In this document: piece by piece, positions 28,033-38,487 of the stretch | Position numbering within the stretch: position 1 is the first letter of the stretch | How the letters are laid out: each line of letters begins with the position of its first letter | NCBI GenBank assembly: GCA_036170915.1 | Contig: JAVHQC010000029.1 | Location: 160,001-224,000, forward strand | Reading direction: 5' to 3' | Length of the DNA stretch: 64,000 nucleotides | DNA from: Cyanobacteria bacterium auto_48_18 | GTDB taxonomy: Bacteria > Cyanobacteriota > Vampirovibrionia > Obscuribacterales > Obscuribacteraceae | Notes under the pieces: model-generated | The model's input: the letters and a program-made list of their open reading frames with translations, nothing else | What the model was told of the DNA's origin: nothing | Database searches by the model: none | Position numbers and translations under genes: made by a program

Positions 28033-30654
28033 TTAGATGCTTGGTCTTTCTCTTGGTGGATAGGCGGTAGCAAATAGTTGAGCCACTTCGGGGGCTAGTG
28101 CGTAGCGCGGATTGGTGCGAATGCTCATGTCGCCAAATGCAATTTCAGTCAACTCAGGAATAGCGGCCATGTATGCTTCGAGCGGAATGCCCAACTCTGC
28201 CACGGAGAGAGCCTGATTTGCCAATTTGGCCAGGTCAAAAATAGCCTGACGCAATTTTTGCACCAGACGGCGGCGACCAATTTCTTCGCTTTCGCCAGGC
28301 TGCAAATCATCTTTCAAACCGATAAATTGGGCAGCCCGTGCGTATTTGCGGTCGGCTATCCAGAGTGGGTAACAAGGCACAGAAACAAATTTAGACGGAA
28401 TCTGGGCGTTATATTCAATGGTGGAAAGCAAGAAAGCTGCATTGGCTCTGCCGTGAGGAATATCAAAACGGGCACCGAGAGCGTGGGCCAGGGCGTGATT
28501 GACCCCAACTGAGGCGTTGGCAATGGCCATTCCTGCCAGAGTGGCGGCATTATGCAGTTTGTGGCGGTGCACGATACTGTTAGGATTTTTCAGAGTTTCA
28601 GGCAGCGATTCAAATATCAAACGCAACGCTTCTAAGGCCAGCCCGTCTGTATAGTCAGACGAGAAGGTCGAAACCAAAGCCTCTAAAGCGTGAGTGAGGG
28701 CATCAAATGCGGTATCACCCGTAATATCGGCAGGCAAGCTGCGTGTCAGGTTGGCATCGATGATTGCTATGTCAGGCAGCATGCATTCGTCAATCAATGA
28801 AATCTTGCGGTGGCCGTCTTTAAGAACGGCAAAAGGAGTGACTTCAGAGCCAGTGCCTGATGTGGTTGGAATTGCCACCAGCTGAGTTTTCATATCTGTC
28901 GGAAACTCAATCATACGGTGATGGAAATCGAGGAAGTTCACGGCCACTTCAGAAATCTTCAAATCAGGATAATCATAGAAGAGGCGAATAATCTTGGCTG
29001 CATCCAGCACAGAGCCTCCACCCAGGGCAATCACCGTGTCAGGCTTCGTGCGTCGCATTGATTCCACCACTCTTTGCAAAGTGGCAAAATCAGGTTCGGG
29101 GCCCATGTCAGCAAACACGTCAACGTGACAGTCTTGCGGCAAGCGCTCGGTCACCATAGCCAGATGGCCGCGACGCGAGGCACTGCGCGATGTGATGATA
29201 AAGGCGCTCTGACACTTAAGATTGCGCAAGTGATCAATCGAGCCTGGATTGATATAGATATTTTTCGTAGTCTGGAAACTAATGACGTAATTACGTCTGC
29301 GTGGCACTCTTTTGAAGTTAATCAGATTTTTGATGCCGACGTTATCGGTGGTGATATTGCCGCCACCAGTACCACAGCCGAAGCTCAAAGTGGTATTGAG
29401 GTGGTTGTAAACTCCGCCCAGGCCGCCGATTGAAGCAGGAGAATTAACGATGATGCGCCCAGCGTTAATTGCTTCAGAGTAACGTTCGATGACGTTATCG
29501 TCTTCGCAGAAAATGCCGGCTGTGTGCCCGGTACCGCCCGCATAGTTGATATCGAGAGCTTTGTTGATGCCTTCGTTCACTGAGTCGACTATCACATAAC
29601 CAAGCACCGGCATCAACTTTTCAATGGCTAGTGGATGATGGCGCAACTCGCCCAACAAGGGGCAGAGCAGCATTTTTATTGGAGTGGTGATATTGAGACC
29701 AGCCTGATCAGCAATTAGATTAGCCGGTTGACCAACCAACTTATAATTGATGCCACCATTGCGCGGGTCAACGATAAGCGCGCTGATCTTCAGCACTTCT
29801 TCTTGCGAACAAACATGACAGCCGAGGCGCTTAAATTCGGCAATGATCTCATCGCTGATTTCGCGATCAATAACCAGAGTTTGTTCCGATGGGCATTCAG
29901 TGCCATTGTCGAAAGTTTTAGAAATGATGATATCCATGGCAGCAGATGCCACATTCGCACTTTTGTGCACGTAAACCGGCGTGTTACCAGGCCCGACACC
30001 AAGTGCCGGCTTGCCTGAACTGTAAGCAGCTTTGACCATCGCCTGGCCGCCGGTAGCAAATATCAAATCAACTTCAGGATGGTGCATAAGCAGTTCACTG
30101 GTGCGCCTTAAGCGTGATGATTTGTCTACCCAGGTTATGAAGCCTTTGGGCGCGCCTGCTTCAAGAGCTGCTTCGTACATAATTTTGGCGGCGAAGTTTG
30201 ACGATTCGGCTGCCATCAAGTGAGCGCTGAAAATAACTGTGTTGCGTGTTTTAGCGCAGCAAATGCTTTTAAAAATAACGGTTGAGGTCGGATTAGTAAC
30301 CGGTGCCAGGGCAAAAATTACACCCATTGGCTCAGCCACTTCCACCATATTGAGGTCTGGAAATTCGCGAGTAATACCAACGGTACGTTTGTCTTTAATC
30401 TGGTGATAAAGAAACTCGGATGCTACAAGATTTTTTAAAATCTTGTCTTCAGTTACGCCCATGCGCGTTTCTTGATGAGCCATGAGAGCCATTTTACCGG
30501 CATTTTCAATGGCTGCGGCGGTCATCGCTCTGACAATCTTATCGACTTTTTCTTGTGAATACTGAGTAAAAACTGCTGCCGCAAGACGCGCCTGGCGCAC
30601 TAAATGGTTGGCGCGTTCAGTGAGCATAAGCTCTTGATCTGAGGATACTGTCAT
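28033..30654 (-). CDS. adhE: bifunctional aldehyde/alcohol dehydrogenase
   Basis: P.TNPTST, GVGPGN, FDNGTECPSEQ (catalytic Cys), GGGSVLDAAK, PTTSGTGSE, Fe ligands DALTH, HALAH and HG.ANA. Confidence 0.93.
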   Translation of the reverse strand: MTVSSDQELMLTERANHLVRQARLAAAVFTQYSQEKVDKIVRAMTAAAIENAGKMALMAHQETRMGVTEDKILKNLVASEFLYHQIKDKRTVGITREFPDLNMVEVAEPMGVIFALAPVTNPTSTVIFKSICCAKTRNTVIFSAHLMAAESSNFAAKIMYEAALEAGAPKGFITWVDKSSRLRRTSELLMHHPEVDLIFATGGQAMVKAAYSSGKPALGVGPGNTPVYVHKSANVASAAMDIIISKTFDNGTECPSEQTLVIDREISDEIIAEFKRLGCHVCSQEEVLKISALIVDPRNGGINYKLVGQPANLIADQAGLNITTPIKMLLCPLLGELRHHPLAIEKLMPVLGYVIVDSVNEGINKALDINYAGGTGHTAGIFCEDDNVIERYSEAINAGRIIVNSPASIGGLGGVYNHLNTTLSFGCGTGGGNITTDNVGIKNLINFKRVPRRRNYVISFQTTKNIYINPGSIDHLRNLKCQSAFIITSRSASRRGHLAMVTERLPQDCHVDVFADMGPEPDFATLQRVVESMRRTKPDTVIALGGGSVLDAAKIIRLFYDYPDLKISEVAVNFLDFHHRMIEFPTDMKTQLVAIPTTSGTGSEVTPFAVLKDGHRKISLIDECMLPDIAIIDANLTRSLPADITGDTAFDALTHALEALVSTFSSDYTDGLALEALRLIFESLPETLKNPNSIVHRHKLHNAATLAGMAIANASVGVNHALAHALGARFDIPHGRANAAFLLSTIEYNAQIPSKFVSVPCYPLWIADRKYARAAQFIGLKDDLQPGESEEIGRRRLVQKLRQAIFDLAKLANQALSVAELGIPLEAYMAAIPELTEIAFGDMSIRTNPRYALAPEVAQLFATAYPPRERPSI

Positions 30655-30817
30655 TTTATTTCTCTGAAAACTGCTTTGCCCGCCGAGAACAAATTATGGG
30701 GGCACAGCCGCATGCTCACCAAATCTGACAGGCAGAGATTATCAAGTGTAAGGTAAAAACCGCATCTATAAGTTATAAGGTTAAGAAGCCTAATTAAAAC
30801 TTATCCAACCTGCCGGC

Positions 30818-33800
30818 GTGTACCGGCGCCCAGGCGGGTGGGGCAATTACGTACAGGTATATGCCTTTTATGGTATAAACACCGTTGCATGTCAAGCGGG
30901 AAGGCATACAATTGCCGTGGCGTTGGAAAATAGAAAAAAATTGGCAAAGAATTTGAAAGAAGAATCGACAATCAAAATGGTGGCCCTCACGGTGCTGCTC
31001 GCGGCTCATTCAAGCGTTGCTGCGGCTGGTGCTCAAGATGCTTATGGGCGGCCCGCCAAAGACTTCACCCACCGCAAACGCATGATTGTGCCTGCCTCTG
31101 AAAATACTCGCCGCATCGACTATCAGGCCTTGCCTGGCCGTGATTCGCTTATGTTGCCAAATTATGCACCCAAGTTTCCACCAGTTGGCGCTGGTCAAAG
31201 TGACTATTATGGCCAATCAAGTCAAAATGCACAGAACAACTATGGCAGCGCTCTGCCGCCGGCCGAGACTGAGAGCCTCAGCGCTCACGCGCAGGCACTA
31301 GGCAGCCCAGGCAAAGCTGCTCGAAAACCATTCACAAAAGTCAGTCGTGCGGGAATGGTGCCACCAGCCCCTCCTATCAAGTCATCGCTTTTGCCGGCCA
31401 GCCTCACTAATGATTTAGACAAACCGCCAGCCGGTGCCAAAAGTACCGGTTCAGCCTCAAATACTTTAAGTTCGCAAAAAGTAATTCAGATAAAAGCTGA
31501 AGCGCAAGCTCTTGTCAAAAAAGGCAAGGTGGGCGAGGCTCAGACGTTACTTTCGGGTTATGTCAAACATCATCCTGAAGAAAAAATCCTGGCCGCTGAA
31601 CTGAGTCGCATATCTTTGAGCCGCGCCCAGGGCAGCGCCAAGATAGGTAACCACGACGCAGCTGTGCAACAAGCACGTCTGGCGATCATTCATGGCGACA
31701 GTGTGCCCGAAGTGGCGCTGGCCGCCCATGGCACCTTAAATAGCAGCTTGAACAAAATTGGAGTTAAATCCAATCAGGCCGAGGCGCGCCTGGAAATGGG
31801 CAGCAAGCTCATGGAGGAAGGCCGTTTTCATGAAGCCGAAGTCGAATATAAAGCTGCAGCTAAGCTAAAACCCTCTGAAGCAGCCTATCTTGGGGCCGGT
31901 GGCGCGGCTATGAAAGAAGGGCGAAAATTGCAGGCCAAGGCGCTATTTCAAGAAGCGCTGCAGCTTAACCCAGATTCTCAACCAGCCTTGAGAGAACTCG
32001 GCGTCGCTCGCTATCATCTGAAAGATTATGTAGGGGCCAATGCCGACCTGACTCGAGCTCTGGTGCTCAATGCCGGCGACCAAGAAGCAGCGAAAGTTCT
32101 GATTGGCTTGTGGCATGAACAGGTAGCCAGCCGGCCGCAGGACGCTACTTCACACCTTGGCTTAGCCAGAGCCTATCAAGTTGCAGGTGATCTGCCTGCT
32201 GCTCAAAATGAATATAAGACTGTAGTGAAAATCAATCCGCACCATCCTAATTTGCCTGCGGCAAGGCAGAGTTTCAAACTTGCTTTTGCCAGACAAGAAG
32301 CGCGAAAAGCTTATGAATTAGCGCAAACTTTAGAGATGCAGGGCTCAATTCCGAGCGCATTTCAAAAAGCCAGCGATGCTGTAGCACTCTATCCATCAGA
32401 CTTGCGATATCAGGCCTATCGTAAAAAACTGGGGGACATGTTGGCCAGCTCTAACATAAATAACGGCAACACTGTTGCACAAAACATGCCTCAGAGCTTC
32501 GGCACACCCGACGCACAAAATGTTGTCATGCCGCAATCACCAGTATTTGAAGCTCCTCCAGCTGACGTGTTGCCTACTGCTCAAGCAATTGGTATTGCTC
32601 CCGAAGCGGCAGCTGCGGCTGCTGTATCAAGCGCTCAAGCCGGCGACTCAACAGCGGGGTCTGCCGGGCTGTCAACCGATCAGCATGTATCGAGCATCTC
32701 TAACTTTTTGACCAGCATCCGCGATTTTAGCCTTAAACAACAAAATCAAATTAAAGAGTCGGAAGAATTTCAGGGAGTGGTGCTTGATACCATCGGTAAC
32801 AACGGTGTGCCTATGGTCAGGTCAAGCAAATCATCATTGCCTTCTGCGAGCAGTGGTTTGCCGCCTGACGACAGCGATCTTCTGGGTTCGGCAGCAGGCA
32901 CCGCTGCTGGTGCCGCGCCAGGTGCTTCACTGAGTGGCTCATCACAACCCCTATCGGCATCCGAGGCGTTAAAGGCCGCCGTCAGGGCATTGGCTAATAC
33001 CAAGGGTGTCGGTGCGGTATCAGCAACCGAAACCGCCGCAATCACTTCCGCCGCCGACAGTGCCACTGCCTCGGCCGCAGCCGAAACTGCTGATTTAGCT
33101 CCAACCAGCTTTGCCAGTTTCGCAGCACAGGCCAGAAACGCTTACACCACAAACGGCGCGGCATCGGTGGCTGCACTGACAGCCCAATCAGCTCCAGCCA
33201 TGTTTAAAGGAAAATTTGCCGCTGTCAATAAACAAGATGTAGTGAACGCCGTGCAAAAGGCAGCCAGTCGTTACGCTCCCAAAGCTTCCGCAACAGGATC
33301 CCTTCCAGCTTCCGTTCCAGCTCCATCGCCGGCACCTGCCGGAGCGCCGGTTTCCACAATTCCACCCGTGGCACCCCAGTCGCTCGCCTATCAAATACCT
33401 AATCAGCAAGTTGCCCAACTAAACTCGCTGCAGAATAATAATCAACAATTACAAGCACAATTGAATCAGGCCAATAGCTACATTCAACAATTGCAGAGTG
33501 CCAGTGTGCCGGTACCAGCAGGTCTTTTGCAGCCTACTTTGCCGCCAGTGGTGACGCCAACAGATCTCAGTGCGGCACCGGTGCAAATGCCGTTAGCTAG
33601 CGCCACCGTTTCTGGTGTCAGCCCTGCTGCTCCGACTATGGAATCGCTGCTGGCTAGTAATACACCTTTAAATCCAGCTGTGAATCCAGCTATGAATCAA
33701 GCCATGAATCAAGTTGCAAATACACCGAGCAGGCCAGTCAAGCCAAACAACACTGGAAAAGTGCACTTACTTTTGCAAGGCGTGAAAGCATCAAAAGATG

Positions 33801-34078
33801 ATGTTCAATTGAAAGTAATGTTACGCAACGATAGCCCAGAAGAAATTAAGTTACCTGGCTCTATCAAGGCCCTGGTACGCAGTTCTGGTCAAGCCGACCA
33901 GCTCGCTAAAGCAAGTTTCTCAGCTAAGAGCTTGAGTTCTGGCAGCACCGTAAGCGGTACCATCAAAATTCCTGGTCGTAGCCTTGACCCAACAGCTGAC
34001 GTGCTAATTCCAGCCAGCAGCTTGGCAGTGCTTGGCTTAAGCGACATACACCTGACTGTGCCGATTTCACAGCGTTAA
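30818..34078 (+). CDS. exported TPR protein with long Ala/Pro/Ser/Gln-rich region
   Basis: Signal-like MVALTVLLAAHSSVAAAGA, TPRs (HLGLARAYQVAGD), beta-rich C-terminus. The real start is probably near 30941-30977. Confidence 0.75.
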   Translation: MYRRPGGWGNYVQVYAFYGINTVACQAGRHTIAVALENRKKLAKNLKEESTIKMVALTVLLAAHSSVAAAGAQDAYGRPAKDFTHRKRMIVPASENTRRIDYQALPGRDSLMLPNYAPKFPPVGAGQSDYYGQSSQNAQNNYGSALPPAETESLSAHAQALGSPGKAARKPFTKVSRAGMVPPAPPIKSSLLPASLTNDLDKPPAGAKSTGSASNTLSSQKVIQIKAEAQALVKKGKVGEAQTLLSGYVKHHPEEKILAAELSRISLSRAQGSAKIGNHDAAVQQARLAIIHGDSVPEVALAAHGTLNSSLNKIGVKSNQAEARLEMGSKLMEEGRFHEAEVEYKAAAKLKPSEAAYLGAGGAAMKEGRKLQAKALFQEALQLNPDSQPALRELGVARYHLKDYVGANADLTRALVLNAGDQEAAKVLIGLWHEQVASRPQDATSHLGLARAYQVAGDLPAAQNEYKTVVKINPHHPNLPAARQSFKLAFARQEARKAYELAQTLEMQGSIPSAFQKASDAVALYPSDLRYQAYRKKLGDMLASSNINNGNTVAQNMPQSFGTPDAQNVVMPQSPVFEAPPADVLPTAQAIGIAPEAAAAAAVSSAQAGDSTAGSAGLSTDQHVSSISNFLTSIRDFSLKQQNQIKESEEFQGVVLDTIGNNGVPMVRSSKSSLPSASSGLPPDDSDLLGSAAGTAAGAAPGASLSGSSQPLSASEALKAAVRALANTKGVGAVSATETAAITSAADSATASAAAETADLAPTSFASFAAQARNAYTTNGAASVAALTAQSAPAMFKGKFAAVNKQDVVNAVQKAASRYAPKASATGSLPASVPAPSPAPAGAPVSTIPPVAPQSLAYQIPNQQVAQLNSLQNNNQQLQAQLNQANSYIQQLQSASVPVPAGLLQPTLPPVVTPTDLSAAPVQMPLASATVSGVSPAAPTMESLLASNTPLNPAVNPAMNQAMNQVANTPSRPVKPNNTGKVHLLLQGVKASKDDVQLKVMLRNDSPEEIKLPGSIKALVRSSGQADQLAKASFSAKSLSSGSTVSGTIKIPGRSLDPTADVLIPASSLAVLGLSDIHLTVPISQR

Positions 34079-35356
34079 ATGGCCCCAAGAATTCTAGTCA
34101 TGGCTCTTTCCCTTGGTCTTGCCTTAACAGTGTCTCCCGCTAAGGCAGTACGCCAGCAGGCAAACGAGAGCGCGCCTACAAACCGTGCGCTGGCCGTTTC
34201 ATATTTCAACTGTGGTGTTGCGCGCGAAGAACAAGGCGACATGAAAAAGGCGCTACAATTTTACGACCTGGCGATTGAGACAGATAAATATTGCCTGTCG
34301 GCGCTAATCAATCGCGGTCAACTACGAACGCAGCAATTCGATGAAATAAACGGTCTAAAAGATTGCGAAGAAGCGGTGAAGATCGCCCCCAATGATCCAA
34401 GGGCCTTAGCCGCTCGCGGCTATGCTCATGCAAATCTTGGTGATCGCAAAAATGCGTTTAAAGATTTTTCCGCTGTTATAAAAATCAAGCCGAGTGATCC
34501 CTGGGCCTATCACCGTCGCTCTCTGGAGCGCGATGATCGCACAGACAAAGATGGGATTTTAGCTGACCTGAACATGGCTGTTAAACTGGGCACTACTCAG
34601 TCGTCAGTTTTCAGTGATCGTGCAAACTGTCTACTGGAGAGGGGAAAGCAACGTCAGGCCATGCAAGATTTTGATCAAGCTATCAAGTTAGATGAAGAGG
34701 GTGGCCTTAGCAGCCGCGGTTCGGCGCTACAGGCCATTGACGACAAGAAGTGTCTCAATGATTTTGACAAGGTAATCAAGATCGCTCCAAGCAGTAATGC
34801 ATACCAGTATCGGGCCAGTGCTCTCCATAAATTTGGAGATCTGACGGGAGCTATGGCTGACTACAATCAGGCCATCAGGTTGAATCCTAAAAATGCAGGG
34901 GCCTTCTCCGGACGCGGGGATGTTTTACACAGCTTGCACAAAGATGCAGACGCGCTGAAAGATTATAATCATGCCGTAAAAATCGATCAAACAAAATTTG
35001 CTGGTTATAACAGTCGAGCCTGGGGTCGCTATTTTTGCAAAGATATGAGTGGTGCCATAGAAGATTTTACTGCTTCTCTAAAATTGAGAACAAGCCCTGA
35101 CTCTTATATGAGCCGTGGGCTGATGTTTGCCGACATGGGTAACAATGCTAACGCGATCAACGACTACACGCAGGCAATTGCGCTGAAGCCGAATTTTGCC
35201 GACGCTTTCTATTATCGCGCCAAAGCTAAGTTTCATGGCGGAGACTACACGGGGGCGGCGATAGACTATTATCAAAGCAGCATCTGTAACATCAACACAA
35301 CGCTGCTTGGTTTTAGCCAAAGCTGTGCGATCAAATTTTCGTTATTTCAAAACTAG
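34079..35356 (+). CDS. exported TPR-repeat protein
   Basis: Signal peptide and many AY..RG....GD...A..DY.QAI.L.P repeats. Confidence 0.9.
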   Translation: MAPRILVMALSLGLALTVSPAKAVRQQANESAPTNRALAVSYFNCGVAREEQGDMKKALQFYDLAIETDKYCLSALINRGQLRTQQFDEINGLKDCEEAVKIAPNDPRALAARGYAHANLGDRKNAFKDFSAVIKIKPSDPWAYHRRSLERDDRTDKDGILADLNMAVKLGTTQSSVFSDRANCLLERGKQRQAMQDFDQAIKLDEEGGLSSRGSALQAIDDKKCLNDFDKVIKIAPSSNAYQYRASALHKFGDLTGAMADYNQAIRLNPKNAGAFSGRGDVLHSLHKDADALKDYNHAVKIDQTKFAGYNSRAWGRYFCKDMSGAIEDFTASLKLRTSPDSYMSRGLMFADMGNNANAINDYTQAIALKPNFADAFYYRAKAKFHGGDYTGAAIDYYQSSICNINTTLLGFSQSCAIKFSLFQN

Positions 35357-35358
35357 AA

Positions 35359-35407
35359 CCTTGACACTATCTTGACCTGGCAGACGCCAATTCTGACATT
35401 TTCTTGA
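35359..35407 (+). promoter_or_regulatory. TCTTGA-N5 direct-repeat operator, site A
   Basis: CCTTGA 35359, TCTTGA 35370, TTCTGA 35391, TCTTGA 35402; TATAAA 12 nt downstream. Confidence 0.65.
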
Positions 35408-35466
35408 CCTTAACAGAGGTATAAAAGAAATGTCGCCAAGCGGCGTTTGAAACTAAGGTAAGACAA

Positions 35467-35694
35467 ATGAACAGTAGTAGCGCTAGTACTGATGTGCAGA
35501 ATTCCACAAATCTCGATTCGGCACTTGACCAAAGTATTCAGGCCGCCACAGCTTTGCACTTAACTGATGCAGAACTGATAACAAAGCTCTTTGAGCATCT
35601 TCACCACATCGACAACATCAGCAAACAGATTGTGCAAGTCAATTCGACTGCTCAACCGGTGAAAAAAATGTTCAACTCCCTTGGTGGGCCCTAG
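35467..35694 (+). CDS. small hypothetical protein
   Basis: 75-aa ATG ORF with TAAGG upstream, directly after site A. Confidence 0.5.
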   Translation: MNSSSASTDVQNSTNLDSALDQSIQAATALHLTDAELITKLFEHLHHIDNISKQIVQVNSTAQPVKKMFNSLGGP

Positions 35695-35738
35695 AGGCGC
35701 GCGTATTATTGCTGACAAGGTTTATCTTCACGAACATA

Positions 35739-35927
35739 ATGAAAGTCAGTCACCAACCAGAATTTGTATTTTTACTTGGCATTGCAGTGGCCACGGTGGT
35801 CATGGCCACCATTTACTTTGGCCTCTCTCGTTTGTTGCACGAATATGTCGCGACTTTTGTTCTGGCTGTAATCAGTTCGATCCAAGTGCTGATCAAATTC
35901 GGCGATCGGGCAGCCAGTATCAAATGA
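35739..35927 (+). CDS. small two-TM membrane protein
   Basis: Two hydrophobic segments; start uncertain (35709 or 35739). Confidence 0.45.
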   Translation: MKVSHQPEFVFLLGIAVATVVMATIYFGLSRLLHEYVATFVLAVISSIQVLIKFGDRAASIK

Positions 35928-35965
35928 AATCAGGCAAAGACGCTGCCTTGCTCATTACTGCACCT

Positions 35966-36376
35966 TCAAACGCTATATCGAACATTTGCTACTACAACTT
36001 CTGGTCTTGAAAGTAGCGCGACTTTCAGTAATAAACCAGTATTGCCATGCAGCAAAGAGTGCCACCATTTATCTGAGGCAAACTCGCCAATTATTACAGT
36101 TACAGTCTCGGCCGGATTCTCTTTCTCAATGGCATCTATAAAGCTCATTAGAGGCTGAACTAATGAGCGGTAGGGTGACGGTAAGATCACAAGTTCAACA
36201 GTTGGAAAAAGCCTGGCAAACTCTTCCTTAAGTGCCTCAGTTTTCTCAGGTGCTAACTCTATATAAACAGCCTGGCAGTTCTTGCTAATCGATTCGGCAT
36301 AGCGCACCGAATTAACGGTGCCCGCATGAACTCCTTGAATCAGCACCAGTACGTGATTTTTAACGGGAGCAGCCAA
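35966..36376 (-). CDS. stand-alone KimA/YdaO-type cytosolic domain protein
   Basis: Matches the B. subtilis KimA C-terminus pattern (N.V.V..GV....S..YA.S.S..AV, L..L.S.YRSLV.P, V.V...F...WH..LH....LL.V.L). No TM domain. Confidence 0.8.
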   Translation of the reverse strand: MAAPVKNHVLVLIQGVHAGTVNSVRYAESISKNCQAVYIELAPEKTEALKEEFARLFPTVELVILPSPYRSLVQPLMSFIDAIEKENPAETVTVIIGEFASDKWWHSLLHGNTGLLLKVALLSRPEVVVANVRYSV

Positions 36377-36395
36377 TTCTGTTTATTCTCAGACA

Positions 36396-38366
36396 CTAAA
36401 ACACAACGTTCAACCTGGTTCCCAATACACAGATGCCGGGGTTCCCACCCTTTGTGGCACCAGGCGACCATATGTATTGAAAATCAGGCGAAATAGAAAC
36501 GTTCTTATTCACTTGCCAGCGGTAATAAGCTTCAAGACATTTCTCCTGGGCCGGCCGCCGACCAGGGCTGAGAACGGCAACGTTGGCATTGACTTCATCT
36601 AGAGTAGTAGCCTGTACACCATCAATGCCAACAAATGCAGGTGTAGATGGTGTGACGGTGCCCCTTCGGTAAGACGATATTTGACCATACGCAATTCCTA
36701 TGACGTCATCAGGACGCTTCTTGGTGATGATCTTGACCGGAATTTCAGCGCCAAAGGAAAAGCTTTGTTTGTTAGTGAGCAACCCGCCCAAAAAGACTTG
36801 ACCAAAGGTATTATCGCCATTGGCATAGCGACCAAATAAACCAATATCTTTCCAAATTTTCTGATCTGCATTCAAGTAAAAGCCGACCGGTTGGCTGCCC
36901 TGAGCCGACCCACCAGGCAAAATTGAAAGCAGAGCTGGAGGTGAAAGTGTAGTTGGTGTAACAAGCGGTCTCGGATTTCCTCCACGGAAGTTAAATTGCC
37001 AGAAACCACCTCTTATATTGCCTTCTTTTTTAAAGAACTTGTGACCGAATTGCAGCTCGTGAATGGTGGTAAAGCCACCAAATACATCTCGGTCAGCCAG
37101 TGTGACAAGAGCAGTAGAGGCCTTCAGTACAGCGCGATCGCGCAATATACCGCGCTCGATTGAGAAGATACTTGAAGGGCCAATGAAGTTGGTTTTAAAG
37201 GCGGTGCTGTTGACGAACTGAGTATTTAAGAACTGACTGGTTTCATTATTTGCATAGTTGTTGGCATCAAACACGTTGCCAATATTATTTAAGCCGATTT
37301 GCAATTTTGCTCTCACCTGCTTCGATGGACGAAAATCTTGTGAAAGATACATCTGCTCAAAAGCTACTGTAGGCCGGACGTTGTTGCTGTTATTGTTATT
37401 AATCTGCAAATTGGGAATTTGAACATCGTTAACACCACTATTGAAGGGGTTAGCGTTGGCATCATTTAGAGCATTTGTAGGACTCATCAAATACTTGTTC
37501 AGAGGAAAGAAGCGACCAGACGCAGCGGTCAGTCGCATAAACAGATTGGAATCGCCGATTTTACTATCAGCCTTTGACTCATAGACTTTTGCTAATACAT
37601 TTATACGGCCGCGAAAATTTGCAGCAGTGGCATCAGCTGTAGTTTTGCCAAAGTCTGACTGTGGCACGAAAGTAAAATCACCACTCACCTTTACTTTCTC
37701 AAGAATGGCAAGTCTTGAGTCTAGATCTTTTGTTTTCTCTGCGTCAGCTGACTTTGGCGCTGACATGAACTCATTTTTCAGGACACTAAGAGCCATTCTT
37801 CCTTTGACTCGACGCAGTACATCGTCAAAATCATCAGTGAGAATTCCTATATCGTTATAGTCTTGGTCTGAAAAGTTCCCCTGAGGCATTGAAGCGAGTT
37901 TATTCATCATGTCATAAAAATACTTACCAAGCTGCTGCCTGGTTGAGTTGGCAGCCGGGATGGCTTGACCATGACGTGTAGCCAAATTGGTCAGATCACG
38001 CCGCACTAAATTGATATCGCGCAACTTAATCTGCTCTAGGCCAGGTACAGTTGGCATGGTGTTTGCACCAGCAAATTCATTGCCTCTTTGCATTGGCGAA
38101 TCTGTGTTTGGAATTGGATCAGAATCAGAATTTGAATCAGAAGAAGAAGAAGAAGAAGAGCCGCTATTTGGATCCAACGGCGGGCGTAAATTCAGACTGG
38201 GGTCATTCTGGACAATCTTACGATTATCAACTATGGGTGTGGCACTAGACAGCTGTGGCGCACCCGCAGGACCACTCACCGACTCTGCTCTAACAAAACA
38301 GATGGTGCCTAATCCCAGGCTAAGAGACAACACTAGTGGACCGACAAGACGTTTAGGTACGGCCAT
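36396..38366 (-). CDS. OprB/carbohydrate-selective-type outer membrane porin
   Basis: Signal peptide, coiled-coil stalk, GLFGRY, EAYYRWQV..NVSISPDFQYI..PG, C-terminal Phe. Confidence 0.82.
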   Translation of the reverse strand: MAVPKRLVGPLVLSLSLGLGTICFVRAESVSGPAGAPQLSSATPIVDNRKIVQNDPSLNLRPPLDPNSGSSSSSSSDSNSDSDPIPNTDSPMQRGNEFAGANTMPTVPGLEQIKLRDINLVRRDLTNLATRHGQAIPAANSTRQQLGKYFYDMMNKLASMPQGNFSDQDYNDIGILTDDFDDVLRRVKGRMALSVLKNEFMSAPKSADAEKTKDLDSRLAILEKVKVSGDFTFVPQSDFGKTTADATAANFRGRINVLAKVYESKADSKIGDSNLFMRLTAASGRFFPLNKYLMSPTNALNDANANPFNSGVNDVQIPNLQINNNNSNNVRPTVAFEQMYLSQDFRPSKQVRAKLQIGLNNIGNVFDANNYANNETSQFLNTQFVNSTAFKTNFIGPSSIFSIERGILRDRAVLKASTALVTLADRDVFGGFTTIHELQFGHKFFKKEGNIRGGFWQFNFRGGNPRPLVTPTTLSPPALLSILPGGSAQGSQPVGFYLNADQKIWKDIGLFGRYANGDNTFGQVFLGGLLTNKQSFSFGAEIPVKIITKKRPDDVIGIAYGQISSYRRGTVTPSTPAFVGIDGVQATTLDEVNANVAVLSPGRRPAQEKCLEAYYRWQVNKNVSISPDFQYIWSPGATKGGNPGICVLGTRLNVVF

Positions 38367-38487
38367 TTTTCACTCACTTTTTTGTGCAGAAAAGTTTCAC
38401 GTGCTTGCAAAACAAGGGCAGCATCTATGAGAACTGAAGCGAAGATTAGTCTTCGCGCCAGATTACGTGACTATAACTAGAAGCAAA

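Noticed and set aside
37134..37141. HIP1 (GCGATCGC) enrichment as in many cyanobacteria
   Set aside because: Only an isolated occurrence was noticed, consistent with chance.
38139..38159. (GAA)n tract as a phase-variation switch in the porin
   Set aside because: A triplet repeat encoding poly-Ser in a disordered linker cannot shift the frame.
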